Shown here: positions 28,817-46,609 of the stretch, in pieces | Layout: each line of letters opens with the position of its first letter | How positions within the stretch are numbered: the first letter of the stretch is position 1 | Origin: the human T2T-CHM13v2.0 reference genome, Homo sapiens | Direction: 5' to 3' (one strand) | Assembly: GCF_009914755.1 (NCBI RefSeq) | Contig: NC_060941.1 | DNA: 64,000 nt | Translations under genes and position numbers: made by a program | The notes under the pieces: generated by a model | What the model was told of the DNA's origin: nothing | Database searches by the model: none | The model's input: the letters and a program-made list of their open reading frames with translations, nothing else

Positions 28817-31800
28817 GCTTATAATACAGGGTTCATAGGATCAAGTCTAATACTTCTTAGCATGGGAGCGAAGATCCCACAGTCTGACTCAAGCCTATAA
28901 GTTTAGCCTCAGCTCCTACCTCTCCTCTGCCACCGGACTACTTGTCCTTCCCAAATGTGAACCTTCACATGTTAGGCTATCCTCTGTCTGAAGTGCTTTT
29001 CACCAGTTTAGCTGTAACCTCTTCTGAAACCTCTCCTATAATAACTGTCACTATCCTACCTTCGAGAGCTTTTTGTTTATACAGTACCATCAGTATAATA
29101 CTTATCCACTTATGTTGTTAATAGTTTTTTTGTTTCCTGTTAGTGTGTGAATTCTTTGATGATAAGGACAGTGTAGTGCTATTCGTTTTGGAGTTATCTT
29201 TGTGCAAAATGTATTGGCAGGAAAGAGTCCTAGAGGAGGGAAAACTAGAGAGGTGTTTACAGTCATCTGGGATGAGGTCTCTTTGGAGATAAGGGCTTTA
29301 CCTAGAGGGCATGTAGGGGAATGAAAAGGGAGTATAAGATACATATATAAGAAGTTATGCAAGAAGAACTGCAGAATTGACCATCGTTTAAATAGCAGAA
29401 CAGAATGTCAAAGAGAGGATGTCAAAGATATGACTTTGAGGATTTTGAGCTTGGATTAGAAAGAATGGGAGTGGGAAAAACTAATTGGATGGTGGGGATT
29501 GGGAGACAGCAAGCGAGTGAGCATGTGTGTATGTGTGTGTGTGTGTGTGTGTTCGTTCAGGTGAAAGAGGAGTGAAAACTGGAAATATTAATAGTACTTG
29601 ATGTACTAGTCACAAGTACCCAATGGGCAGTTAGGGAATAGGTTCTAGAGCTTGGGAGAGAGGTCAAGATGAGAAAGAGATTTAGAAGTTTTGAGACATT
29701 TGGAAAGCATATGGCAGTGTAGATGATTTTGAAAATTGAATTAATAGTGTTTTCTGGCATAATTTAATTGCGTGGAGCTAGAAGTTCAACCAGAACATAT
29801 ATATAAATGAACAGATGGGTGCTTTTTTTTTTTTTTTTTTTTTACCTCTAAAGTGAATGCATTTCGTACTGGGATGTTTTCCTTAAGGAATGCCAACAAT
29901 TCAGATATTAATTCTCAGCCTGATCATATTTTAAAGGTACAGTTGATAATCAAATGTGCATTAGTAAAGTGCTTTTGGTCTTACCTGATCTTGCACATTA
30001 AAGACCTGGTTGAGGCTTTTTCTTCCCTTTATTTTCTCTTTTAAAATCTGAGTGCTGCCTAATTTAAAAGGAAAGCAAAAAGGTAAAACAATACTCCAAA
30101 ACAGAATATTTGCTTGGAGTCACGAGTTGGCTTTAGTAAATTGAAGCATAACCTAGTATAAAGACTGACCTTTAGGAGCAGTGCAGTTGTGTACTTTGTA
30201 ACGTGATAATAGGCCTAAATGAAGAGAACCTAACACTCCTTTAGGATTTGGCCCCCAGTCTTTAGATCTAATGTGTATAAATTGGATGTACTTTTTTCTT
30301 TTCCTTTTTTCCTGTTTAACTCAGGTGGTAGAGAATGGGAGAGTACATTTAAAAAAAAAAAAAAGGAAAATACAGTTCAAAGAGCTATGTGGGAGACAGT
30401 GTTAACCAAGTTAGACAAAAATGAAAACAGATGTAGGACTGTGTAATTTAGTTTAACTCTGTAGAATCATATCATTAGCAAATATATATTCAGTGGGAGT
30501 GGTGAAGGAAATAGATTTTCACAAGATAGGTTGCTCAGAATACAAAGACCAGGTTCAGTTAGTTAAGATTTGATCAATGTGAACTTGAATTTAAAAATTA
30601 GGAATTTGGGGAATTTTTTTAAGAGCAACCTCTGATTTTTCCATTGATTTGGCCCAGATTTTCCACCTAAAATTTTTTTACAAACGTTATGCTCATTAGC
30701 TTTTAAAAATATCTCAGAAAGTACAAAATTATCACTTAATAACTCACTTATTGCCTATAAAAAATTGTTCAGGAAATTCAAAGTCGTGAGAGAATTTCTC
30801 ACTATCCTTCAAAGTAGTTTTAATAAAGTAATATCATTAAGCTCCAAGTTGAAATATAGGGTAGAAATTGTCTGTCTATATTCCTAGACTTTAAAATGCT
30901 TTTCCTATTTAAAAAAACACATTGTAGTTTCCTTGTAAAAGATTAATAGGGTTCTTGTGTAATGCAGTTTGACACTTTATAGTTGGCCTGCAGAGGCAAG
31001 TAAAAAAAAAAACAAAAAAAACTTGCTATGTTTCTTAACACTGAAGCATTGGCTGTATTTTTTCTTTTGGCTTTCTGTTTGAGACAGAAGAGTGAATCTT
31101 TAGTATCTTTGAATGAAGGATTGAATTTATTAATCTCCCCTCCCCTTAAAAGCTAGATCTTTCTGTGGTGAAAAGAGTGATAAGAGACTTGTTTCCTAAT
31201 CAAGACGGATTGAGTATCTTAAAACATATGAAGATTAGTTGTGCTACAAATCGATTGAAAGAGTTTAATGGGTACGAGTAGATCACTTGATCAGAAGATT
31301 TAGCTATCCGTAACAATTAGCATTGGTATTGATCACAATTTGCAGTATTACTAGACAGATTCCTAATGGTTACACTTTGAGTCTTGTTCTTTGATACTGG
31401 TAAATGAATGGTAGGTTTCTTTCTTTCCTTTCCTTTCCTTTCATTTCCTCTTCCTTTCTTTCCTTCTTTCCTTCCTCTCTCTCTCTCTCTCTTAATTTTT
31501 AGATCTCAGTTTTCATACGTATTCTTTCCTAAAATTAATCTGCCTGAGAAAGATACTTGCTGTGGAGGTTCTATCTCATATTCTCTTCTCCCAATTGACT
31601 GAAGACAGGCATACTTTTCTACCCACCTGAATCACATTATGGTGTATTGCCTTGGAGTTTTACAAACTTCCAGGGCACTAAAACAAAAGGAACAATTTGG
31701 TGATTACTTTAATGGTTAAACAGTACCATAAGAGCATCACCCCCAATTTTTCTTTGAAAGATGTATTTTCAGTAATTATTTCTTATATTTACTATTTTAT

Positions 31801-32076
31801 TATTTACCAAAATTTGTAAAAAAAACTATGCCTTTTTGATAAATTGTGTGCTAGTGACTATTGTAATAATTCAATTTAGAGGACACAGAATTAATACTTA
31901 GAGCATTACAGTCATTGGAAATTAAGAAAAATTTAAATACACTAACATACTATAGATTGAAAAATTATAGAATGATTGGTGAAAGACTTTCAAGCATGCA
32001 GGTATATCACATTCAAATAGCATTCTGTGGAGGAAGTAGAATGGAAAAAAAGTTCAAAGAGAAAAAGAGAAGATGT

Positions 32077-32387
32077 GGCTGGGTATGGTGGCTCAGGCCT
32101 ATGATCCTGGCACTTTGGGAGGCCGATGCAGAAGGATTAGTTGAGCTGAGGACTTCAAGACCAGCCTGAGCAACATAGTGAGATATGTCTCTACAAAAAG
32201 TAAAAATAAAAAAATTAGCCAGGCATGGTGGTGCACATCTGCAGTCCAGTCTACTCAGGAGGCTAAGGTGGGAGGATCACTTGAGCCTGGAGGGCAAGGC
32301 TGCAGTGAGCTGTGACTACGCCACTGCACTGCAGCTTGGGTGACAGAGCAAGACTCCTGTCTCAAAAAAAAAAAAAAAAAAAAAAAA
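32077..32387 (+). mobile_element. AluJ
   Basis: dimeric Alu with poly(A). Confidence 0.88.
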
Positions 32388-32519
32388 AGAAGATATAAAA
32401 TTCCTTAAAGAGGCATGTTCAGGCAACTTTTAAATAGATATTTCTAGAAATCAAATCTCTGGCATTTTTATTTGGATATATTTAAAATAATAATATAAAA
32501 GTTTTATTTAAAAAAAACT

Positions 32520-32652
32520 GGTCATGGTGCAGTGGTTCACACAGTATAATTCCAGCACTTTAAGAGGCCAAGGTGGGAGGATTGCTTGTGCCCAGGAGTT
32601 CGAGACCAGCCTGGGCAAAATAGTGAGACACTGTCTCTACAAAAAAAAAAAA
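32520..32652 (+). mobile_element. FLAM-like monomer
   Basis: single arm + poly(A). Confidence 0.75.
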
Positions 32653-32825
32653 AGAGAAAAATTTACATTATGCAGGATATTCCTTTGTTTACAACTATTT
32701 AAACTTAAGATGAAAACTTGTGAATACCAACTTAAAAATTTGTGAAGCGTCGCATATTTTTTCAGTTATTTTAGTATTAACAAACAAATTGAAGATCATT
32801 GGTTTATATAACCCCCTGAGAGACT

Positions 32826-32905
32826 AATAGTAGAATAGAACAGAATAATAGAATAGAATAGAACAGAATAGAATAATAGAATAGAATAATAATAGAATAA
32901 TAGAA
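32826..32905. repeat. Imperfect (AATAG)n pentanucleotide repeat
   Basis: aatagaatagaacagaat... about 80 bp. Confidence 0.9.
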
Positions 32906-34333
32906 ACTCGCTTATTTATGATTGTTAATAAGTAGGATAAATTGCAGATCATTTATACTATTAAAGTGCTTTATTGCTTTGAGGTGTGCCTGTAACTGAA
33001 TGTTTTACTTCCAAAATTAAAATTTTCTTTGGCTGAATAAAGATATTCTGAAACCTGACATTTCTCCTTTAATCTTTGTTGAGCCAAATGACATATCAAC
33101 TTAAAAAGATAAGCAAATATATTAACTGAATCTGGCAGTAGCTGCAGCTGTTATTAATGTCAGGCCTATCTACAGATCAGTGGCTGCTCCCTGTTTGGGT
33201 GAACTCTAGCTTTGGGTAAGTAGGTTTTGTGTTGAGAAAAAAAAAATTAAGACAACAAACCTGAACCAGCTACTTAGTTAGGATTACTTATTATACAGTC
33301 TTTGACATTTGGTTTCAGAAAAATAAATGTTAAGTTTAACATAGATGGCAAATAATGCCTATCTGTGACATCTCACAAAAAATTCTTGAATTATTCATAA
33401 CTTAATGTCCCCATTTGGTTCCATGTTTTAAAATAATTAAAAAAATAAATTTAAAAATAATTTTAAAAATAAAAAAAATTTTTTTAAATAATTAAAAAAA
33501 AATTCCTAAACCAAAACTTGAAGTTGATGAATAAAGACGTTTTGATATTCTAATGCTAGGATAGTTTATCTTTTTGTCTTATGAAATAAAAATTAGTTTG
33601 CTACTCTTCAGACATTTATGAGTTTGAAGAAGATAAAGGTAGACATCACAACTCATTAATTGCCTTCTGAAAACAGTTCATTATTATAGACTCAGAGGAA
33701 ACGTGCTTTACTTTTATGAGATTGTATCAAGACAGAGATAAATATTTTATAATATATTTATGTTATTGATTTCAATATAATAACATCGTGGTCAGAGAAC
33801 ACCCTTTGTATGTAAGTTTGACCTAGGTCAAACTTAAATCATACAAAGTTTGACCTAGGATATGGTCAGACTTGGTGCATGTTCCATTTGTACTTGAAAA
33901 GCATGTGTATTCTGCCATTGTTGGGTGGGGTATAGTATAAATATCATTTATAGATCTAGTTAGTTGATAGTATTATTACATTTTTCTCTATCCTTTGCTG
34001 ATTGTCTTTTCTGCTGATTACTGAGAGAAGAATGTTGAAATGTGCAACCAAAATTGTGGATTTACCCATTTTTCCTTTTAGTTCTATAAATTTTTGTTTT
34101 ATATATTTCAAAATTCTGATTGTTGCATGCACATCTAGAATTATGTCGTTTTGGTGAATCTACACTTTTATCGTTATGTAATGTCCCTCTTTATCTCTGG
34201 CATTTTTCCTTGCTCTGAAGTCTATTTTACCTGATAGTCATATAGCTACTCCATCTTTTGATTTGTGTGTGTATGGTGTATTTTTTTCCTTTCTTTTAAC
34301 TTACCTATACCATTATATTTAAAGTGAGTTTCT

Positions 34334-34650
34334 GACCTGGTGCGGTGGCTCATGCCTGTAATCCCAGCACTTTTGGAGGCTGAGGCAGGTGGATCACTTG
34401 AGGTCAGGAGTTCGAGACCAGCCTGGCCAAAATGGTGAAACCCCATCTCTAATAAAAATACAAAAATTAGCTGGGCATGGTGGCAGGCACCTGTAATCCC
34501 AGCTACTCGAGAGGCTGAGGCAAGAGAATGCTTAGGAAACCGGGAGGCAGAGGTTACAGTGAGCCGAGATTGTACCACTGCACTCCAACCTGGGTAATAC
34601 AGCGAGACTCTGTCTCAAAAAATAAATAAATAAATAATAAGTAAATAAAT
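34334..34650 (+). mobile_element. AluS
   Basis: dimeric Alu, (AAAT)n tail. Confidence 0.9.
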
Positions 34651-35278
34651 TGTGTTTCTTGTAGTTGCATAGAGTTGGGCCTTGTTTTTTAATGAGTTTT
34701 ACAATTCCTGTCTTTTAGTTGGTGTGTTTGCACCATTTACACTGAATATAATTATTGTTATGTTTGGATTTAGGTCTACTTTCTCATTTTTCAGTTTGCC
34801 TCTCTCATTTTAATCCCACTGCTTCCTTTTTCCTGCCTTCTATTGGATTGTGTTTTCAACGATATCTTTTAGTTGCTCTAGTAAATACAAGTTACTACTT
34901 AACTTTTCACAGTTCTACCTAAAATTAATATTTTACTTCAAGAGGAATGTACGAACCTACCCACCATACCCTTTATCCTCCCCTTTTATGTTGTACTTAA
35001 CTTATATATATATGCTGCACTGAAAACCCTACTAGACAATGTTATAATTTTTACTTTCAACTGTCATACACAGTCTAAGGGACTTAAGGGGAGAAAAATA
35101 GCTGATTGTATTTACCATTTCTGTTGCTTTTCATTCATTCCTGAAGTTCTAAGTTTCTCTGTGGTATAACTTCTCTTCTGCCTGAAGAGCCTTCTTTAGC
35201 ATTTCTTTTAAAGCAAGTATGCTTATAATGGATTATCTTAGTTTTCCATCTCTGAGAATGTGTATTTTGCCATCATTC

Positions 35279-35602
35279 TTTTTTTTTTTTTTTTTTTTTT
35301 TTGAGATGGAGTCTTACTCTGTTGCCCAGGCTGGAGTGCATGGCGCGATCTCAGCTCACCGCAAGCTTTGCCTCCTGGGTTCACTCCATTCTCCTGCCTC
35401 AGCCTCCTGAGTAGCTGGGACTACAGGCGCCTACCACCACGCCCGGTTAATTTTTTTTTTTTTTTTTTTGTATTTTGTATTTTTAGTGGAGATGGGGTTT
35501 CACCATGTTAGCCAAGATAGTCTTGATCTCCTGACCTCGTGATCCGCCCGTCTCGGCCTCCCAGAGTGCTGGGATTACAGGCGTGAGCCACTGCACCCGG
35601 CC
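35279..35602 (-). mobile_element. AluY-like
   Basis: Y-type diagnostics; TSD ttgccatc(a/c)ttctt; expanded linker. Confidence 0.88.
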
Positions 35603-35820
35603 TTGCCATCCTTCTTGAAGGACATTTTTATTGGATATAAAACTCGGGGTTGTGGATTGTAGTTTGTTGTTTTTGCTGTTTGTTTTTTAGAGTGCTTTAA
35701 TAATTTTGTGCCATTGCCTTCTGGCCTCCATGGCTTCTGCTGAGAAATTCAGTCATTTGAATTTTTCTTCCCCTTTATACGCACATCATTTTTCTATGGC
35801 CACTTTCAAGACTATTTTAT

Positions 35821-36113
35821 TGCTGCTGCTGCTGCTGCTTCTGCTTCTGCTTCTTCTGCTTCTGCTGCTGCTTCTTCTCCTTCTCCTTCTCCTCCTCCTT
35901 CTTCCTTCTCCTCCTCTTTCTCCTCTTACTCCTCTTCCTCTTCCTCCTCTTCTTCCTCTTCCTCTTCTTCCTCCTCTTCCTCTTCTTCCTCCTCTTCCTC
36001 TTCTTCCTCCTCTTCCTCTTCTTCCTCCTCCTCTTCTTCCTCTTCCTCCTCTTCCTCTTCTTCTTCCTCATCTTCTTCTTCTTCTTCCTCTTCTTCTTCT
36101 TCTTCCTCTTCCT
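35821..36113. repeat. Compound triplet repeat (CTG)/(CTT)/(CCT) grown from an Alu tail
   Basis: about 290 bp; ~240 nt pyrimidine-only with two A interruptions. Confidence 0.95.
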
Positions 36114-36125
36114 GTTATTATTATT

Positions 36126-36411
36126 GTGAGACAGAGTTTGGCTGTGTTTCCCAGGCTGGAGTGCAGTGGTGCGGTCGTGGCTCACTGCAACCTCTGCCTC
36201 CCAGGCTCAAGCTATTTTCTTGCCTCAGCCTCCTAAGCAGCCGGGACTACAGGCACGTGTCACAACACCTGGCTTATTTTTTTGTATTTTTTGTAGAGAC
36301 AGGTTTTCAACATGTTGCCCCAGCTGGTCTCAAACTCCTGGGCTCAAGGGATCCGCCTGCCTCGGTCTCCCAAAATGTTGAGATTACAGGCATGAGCCAT
36401 TGTGCCCAGCT
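36126..36411 (-). mobile_element. AluJ
   Basis: reverse Alu; TSD-like gact(a/t)tttt brackets Alu + repeat. Confidence 0.88.
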
Positions 36412-36909
36412 GACTTTTTTTCTGTCTTTGGTTTTCAGCAGTTTGATTATAAAATACCCATGCATGGATTTTTTTGCACTTATAGTGTTTGAGATTTGCT
36501 GAGCTTCTTGAAATGTAAGTTTTTGTCTTTTGCCAAATTTATGGTGTTTCTAGCCATTATTTCACTTTTTTTTTTTTTTTAAATAGCATGGCGCCATTTT
36601 TTTTTCTCTCCTGAGACTCCAGTGATAACAATAGTAGGCCTTTTGCTATTGTTCTTAAAATTTTTTCTTCTTTTTTTTCAGATCTTTTTTTCTTCTTTCT
36701 CTGTTATTCATAAGGCAATTTCTACTTACCCATCTTCAAGATAACTCACTTTTTCCTATCATTTCCATTCTTCCATTAAACCCATTCAGTTTATTTTTTT
36801 AATTTAGTTACTGTATTTTTCTGAAATTCTGAAATTTCTACTTTTTTCTATTTTGCATGTTTGGTATCTTTCTTTTACTTTAAGACTGTTTAATCTTACT
36901 TCCTTGGAA

Positions 36910-37220
<311 letters not shown>

Positions 37221-37450
37221 CCTTAATTCCTTGTAACATGGTTATAATAACTGCTTTAAGGTTAGTCTGGTAATTCCAGCATCTGTGTCACATTGGAGTT
37301 GGTGTCTGTTGACTTTTTTTCTTTATAATATATTGAGCTTTTACTGGTTATTTGAATGTCAAATAATTTTGGATTATATCCTGGACATTTTGAATCTTAT
37401 GCTATGAGATCTGGGTCTTGTTTAAATCCTATTAAAACATAATACTTGTT

Positions 37451-37760
37451 GGCTGGGTGTGGTGGCTCACACCTATAATCCCAGCACTTTGAGAGGCCGA
37501 GGCGGGCAGATCACCTGAGGTCAAGAATTCAAGACCAGCCTAACCAACATGGAGAAACCCTGTCTCTACTAAAAATACAAAATTAGCTGGGCATGGTGGC
37601 ACATGCTTGTAATCACAGCTACTCAGGAGGCTGAGGCAGGAGAATCGCTTTAACCTGGGAGGTGGAGGTTGCGGTGAGCAGAGATAGTGCCATTGCACTC
37701 CAGACTGGGCAACAAGAATGAAACTCCATCTCAAAAAAATAAAATAAAATAAAAATAATA
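37451..37760 (+). mobile_element. AluSp/Sq-like
   Basis: dimeric Alu; TSD ataatacttgt. Confidence 0.9.
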
Positions 37761-38139
37761 ATACTTGTCTGTTTGTGCCATCAGGGAATGACCCAGTTAG
37801 GTTCAGCTGCAAGTTTTGACTCGCCTTATGTAAGCTGTAATTCCAATGTCAGTTCAGTTTTCAAAGCCTTTATAGTGCTATTCAGATCTGTACTGTATGT
37901 GCACCACTCAGGGGCCAGTCTGGGTGCTGGGCAGTAACCTGTTTTGTAGTTCAGTTCTCAGTGCTTTTGGTGTGCTGTTTAAGGTCAGACCTGTACATGT
38001 GCAGTTTAGAGATGATCCCAGGTGGTCACAGGCAATTTTATGAGATCCCTTTCTCACATTCCCTCATATCTGCCATCTCACTAAAGTCTCTGTCTTCCAG
38101 GGTCTCCAGTATAGAAGATAAATAAAGACATGAAAGATC

Positions 38140-38870
38140 TCCTTTCATGGGAAAGAAAGGATGTGCAATATCATTTGTTATCAGTGAAATACAAATTAAA
38201 ACCACAATTAGATACCACTCGTCTTCCACTAGAATGCTTAAAATTTAAGAGACTTTCCAGTGGCATGAGCAACTTGTTAGGTGATGATGCAGAATAACTA
38301 AAACATGGATACATTGCTGGTGGTAATATGAATATGGTACAACCACTTTAGAAAACAATTTCTTACAAAGTTAAACTTACTATAAGATCCCTCCATGCCA
38401 CCTCTAGATATTTACCCAAAAGATAGGAAAACATATGCCCACATTAAGATCTATGCACAGCTTTAATCACCAAAAAACAAGAAACAACTGAAATAACCAT
38501 CACATGATGAACAGATAAGCAAATTGAACTACTTTTATTCAATAGAATACTTAGTAATGTAATGGACCATTTATATATGAAGAATATAGATGAGTCTCAA
38601 AAGCATTATGCTAAGTGAAAGAAGCCTAATACAAAAGGCTATATACTATATGATTTTATTTATATGACATTCTAGAGAAGGCAGAAATATAGGGAAAGAA
38701 ATTAGATTAATGGTAACCCAGGGTCTGGGAACCTTCTGGGATATAGAAATGTTCTGTATTTTTATTGTGGTGGTAGTTATGTGACTGTATACATTGCACT
38801 GTACATGTAAATGGGATGAATTTTATAGCATATAAGTTATTATACCTCCATAAACTTGACTTTTAAAAAA
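38140..38870 (+). mobile_element. L1ME-like 3' fragment
   Basis: aaattaaaaccacaattagatacc...attatgctaagtgaaagaagcc. Confidence 0.65.
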
Positions 38871-39646
38871 GCTTTAAAGCACCGTGTTAACTAGATTGTC
38901 AAAATTCTTTTGAATCATTTACTTAATACTTAAGTGAAAGGAAATTATTTAAGAACCTCTGTATGCTTCAAAGAAGAATAAAATTCAAAGTATCATGCAA
39001 AAATATTTGCCTTGTATATGCCGTTTTATAACCTTTTTTGATGCATGGTAAATATCGTGACAATAAATATATGCCTGCAGTAATTTAAATGGCTGCATAG
39101 TAGCCCATTTTATATCATAATTTACTAAACTGGTCTTTCATTTTTGAACATTTAGATTGCTTCCAGTTTTATGCTCTTTCAATTTGAATACTATAGCCCT
39201 CATCCTTATAGCTATTATCTTGGAATAAATTTCTAGAAAAGGAATTTCTGGTTGAGGTCATACCTATTTTAAAGATTTTATATTCATATTACTAAATTTT
39301 CACCCAGAAATGTTCTATAATCCTTTGTCATCTTTTTTTTCTTTCTTTTTAATGAAAGACACTTCATCTTTCATTTTCTTTAAAATTTCTGATGGCAGCT
39401 TTTTGGCCAACAGATATTTTACTAGCTTTTTGGTAGTTGAATCTGTTAGGTAGTTAAATCTTTTAGGTAGTTAAATCTATTCATCTATTATTCCTCTCAT
39501 GGTTTTATACTACTTTGTTGTCATACTTAGAAGGGCTTTCCTCATTCTGAGAGAGTAAAAACATTTATGTTGGCTTCTGGTTTCATTAATGGCTTCATTT
39601 TTATGTTAAATTCCATATGGATTAAAGAGTTTACTTGGTATGATAC

Positions 39647-40097
39647 TGTAAACCAAAAAGTATCTGTCTCTAAGATGGGTCTCAATCAATTTAGAAGTTT
39701 ATTTTGCCAAGGTTAAGGACATGCCCGGAAGACATAAATACAGTCACAGAAACCGTCTGTGGTCTTTCCCTTTCTCCAAAGATGACTTTTGAGGGCTTCA
39801 ATATTTAAAGGGGAAAAGTGAGCTGGAGGGGAAAGAGTAAAGGTCATCCACATAGTGCAAGAGAAAAGGAGCAGTTGGGGGAATAGTCAATTATGTATTC
39901 ATCTCATGCTCAGTAAATGGGCACTTTTCATGAGATAAGGTGAACATGAAAGAGCTACCTGTGGAGATATTTACCCCTTTATCTGTAGCTATCTGCTTAG
40001 GAACAAAAGGAAAGGCAGCTTCTTGCATGACTCAGCTTTCAGCTTAATTTTTTTCTTTTGGCATAGTGAATTGAGTGAATTTGGCATACCTTTCACA
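39647..40097 (-). mobile_element. MER4-group (MER4A1-like) solo LTR
   Basis: TG...CA ends, near-TSD atac/atat, similarity to recalled consensus. Confidence 0.7.
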
Positions 40098-41699
40098 ATA
40101 TGATGTAAAACTCCACCAGTATTTTTTGCCACCTAGTTAACCTAGTCAACCACTTTTAACCATGTAAGAGTTACTAATTTTTTCCCCCATTGGTTTTAAA
40201 TACCTTGATCATATTCCAAATGCTTTTGTTTCAGTTACTGTGATTTCTATGTTGTTCCGTTGGTCTCTTTATTTTTATACCTGAAGTGAACTGCTTTAGT
40301 AAGTGTAGTTTTATTATATGTATTTTAGTAATATGGCAATGCAGGTCCCCTCTTAAACCACTCTTATTTTTTAATTTTTTGGGAGATATTCTCAGCCATT
40401 TCTCAGAAATTCTCACAAAGTTACTGGTACAGTTTAACTTCTAAATCATTATGTCCAGTTGCAACAAAAAAATCTATGTTTTCATAATATTTATAAATTA
40501 ATTTGGGGAAATTTGATATTTTTATAAGCCTCTTATCTAGAGGCATAATACACTTTACTAAAATCTCCTACATCCCTCAGTAGCATTTTATAATATTGAT
40601 TTATATTATGCATTTTATTATACTTCATCCTATACATTTTGTGATTTCGTTGCTGGAAACTTTTTAAAAATTATATTTGCTGATTATTGCTGAAATACAG
40701 TAAAAAATATTGATTTTTATATTGTTTTTAAGTAGTCATCTTTTTATTTCCAGTGTCATTTTACATGACTTTTTATTTAACTTAAATATGGTCTTATCAA
40801 AGAAAAATTTGGGGACTGTATGTCAGGATTCAACTAATATTTTCTATTTCCATTAGATTTTACACTGTGAAGCTAATATTAAAATCAGTCTATAAGACCT
40901 AAAATAAAAGAGGCTTGTCTCCATGAATCTGACTTTTAGTAATTGTTTGTAGAGATATATATTAAAAAGTCAATATTTATATTATATGCTCTGTCAAACT
41001 AAGGATGCTAAATGTATTTTCTTCTCTTGGAATTAAGTCTTATTTTAAAATGATTTCTGTCCTTCCTCCCTACTTGCTACCTGGGGGATATATTTGTATG
41101 TGTCATTAGATGGAATTCACAAGTTATGGTCCAATTAAAGTTACCTTTAAAAACCTGATTAGGTAACACTCTAAAATGTTACTGTAAACTTGATCTTCTT
41201 GCTGGGTCTTAGCTAGTATTTCTTAAATTGCTGCTAAAATAGGACAATTAAGGGATAGACAAAAGAATGCTAGGACTCAAGCCTGGGGATTATAGTGTTA
41301 CTCTACGTCATTGCCTTCTAGCATAATGAAAGTGTGAGTTGGCCATGTTTGCAAATTAACACAGCTATTAAATTTTACATATGCAAAAAAACCCTTAGAT
41401 TAGTTTACATTTATATGGCCCTGAAATTGTTATTATTATTTTTTCTTTTTTATTATACTTTAAGTTCTAGGGTACATGTGCATAATGTGCAGGTTTGTTA
41501 CATAGGTATACATGTGTCATGTTGGTTTGCTGCACCCATCAGCTTATCATTTACATTAGGTATTTCTCCTAATGCTATCCCTCCCCCAGTACCCCACCCG
41601 CCTACAGGTCCTGGTGTATGATGTTCCCTGCCCTGTGTCCATGTGTTCTCATTGTTCAATTCCCACCTATGAGTGAGAACATACGGTGTTTGGTTTTCT

Positions 41700-45521
<3,822 letters not shown>

Positions 45522-45589
45522 TATGATGTTAGCTGGTTATTTTGCCCGTTAATTGATGTAGTTTCTTCACAGCATGAATGGTCTTTGCA

Positions 45590-46609
45590 ATTTGGCATGT
45601 TTTTGCGGTGGCTGGTACTGGTTGCTCTTTTCAATGTTTAGTGCTTCCTTTAGGAGCTCTTGTAAGGCAGGTCTGGTGGTGACAAAATCTCTCAGCATTT
45701 GCTTGTCTGTAAAGGATTTGATTTGCCCTTCACTTACGAAGCTTAGTTTGGCTGGATATGAAATTCTGGATTGAAAATTCTTTCTTTTAAGAATGTTGAA
45801 TATTGGCCCCCACTCTCTTCTGGCTTGTAGGGTTTCTGACGAGAGATCTGCTGTTAGTCCGATGGGCTTCCCTTTGTGGGTAACCTGACCTTTCTCTCTG
45901 GCTGCCTTTAACATTTTTTCCTTCATTTCAACCTTGGTTAATCTGACAATTATGTGTCTTGGAGTTGCTCTTCTTGAGGAATATCTTTGTGGTGGTCTCC
46001 ATATTTCCTGAATTTGAATATTGGCCTGCCTTGCTAGGTTGGAGAAGTTCTCCTGGATAATATCCTGAAGAGTGTTTTCTAACTTGGTTCCATTCTCCCC
46101 GTCACTTTCAGGTACACCAATCAAATGTAGATTTGGTTTTTTTACATAGTCCCATATTTCTTGGAGGCTTTTTTCGTTTCTTTTTACTCTTTTTTCTCTA
46201 ATCTTGTCTTCTCGTTTTATTTCATTAATTTGATCTTCAACCACGATAGCCTTTCTTCCACTTAATCGAATTGGCTATTGAAGCTTGTGCATGCGTCATG
46301 AAGTTCTCGTACTGTGGTTTTCAGCTCCATCAGGTCATTTAAGGTCTTCTCTACACTGTTTATTCTAGTTAGCCATTCGTCTAACCTTTTTTCAAGGTTT
46401 TTAGCTTCCTTGCGATGGGTTAGAACATGTTTCTTTAGCTCGGAGAAGTTTGTTATTACCAACCTTCGGAAGCCTACTTCTGTCAGCTTGTGAAAGTCAT
46501 TCTCCATCCAGTTTTGTTCCGTTGCTGGCAAGGAGCTGCGATCCTTTTCAGGAGAAGAGGCGCTCTGGTTTTTGGAATTTTCAGCTTTTCAGCCCTGGTT
46601 TCTCCCTAT
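45590..46609 (-). pseudogene. Disrupted L1 ORF1
   Basis: ORF1p-like fragments in ORFs 45567-46244 and 46262-46531; start codon mutated to ATA; broken frame. Confidence 0.85.

Larger units (their letters stand above)
33775..35815 (-). mobile_element. Old L1M fragments interrupted by Alus
   Basis: degenerate L1 ORF-like sequence in reverse (gtattctgccattgttgggtgg..., tgtccctctttatctctgg...). Confidence 0.55.

Noticed and set aside
35706-36236. Poly-Leu/Pro ORF (+) and Lys/Arg-rich protamine-like ORF (-)
   Set aside because: By-products of a stop-free triplet repeat fused to Alu sequence; no promoter or splice support.
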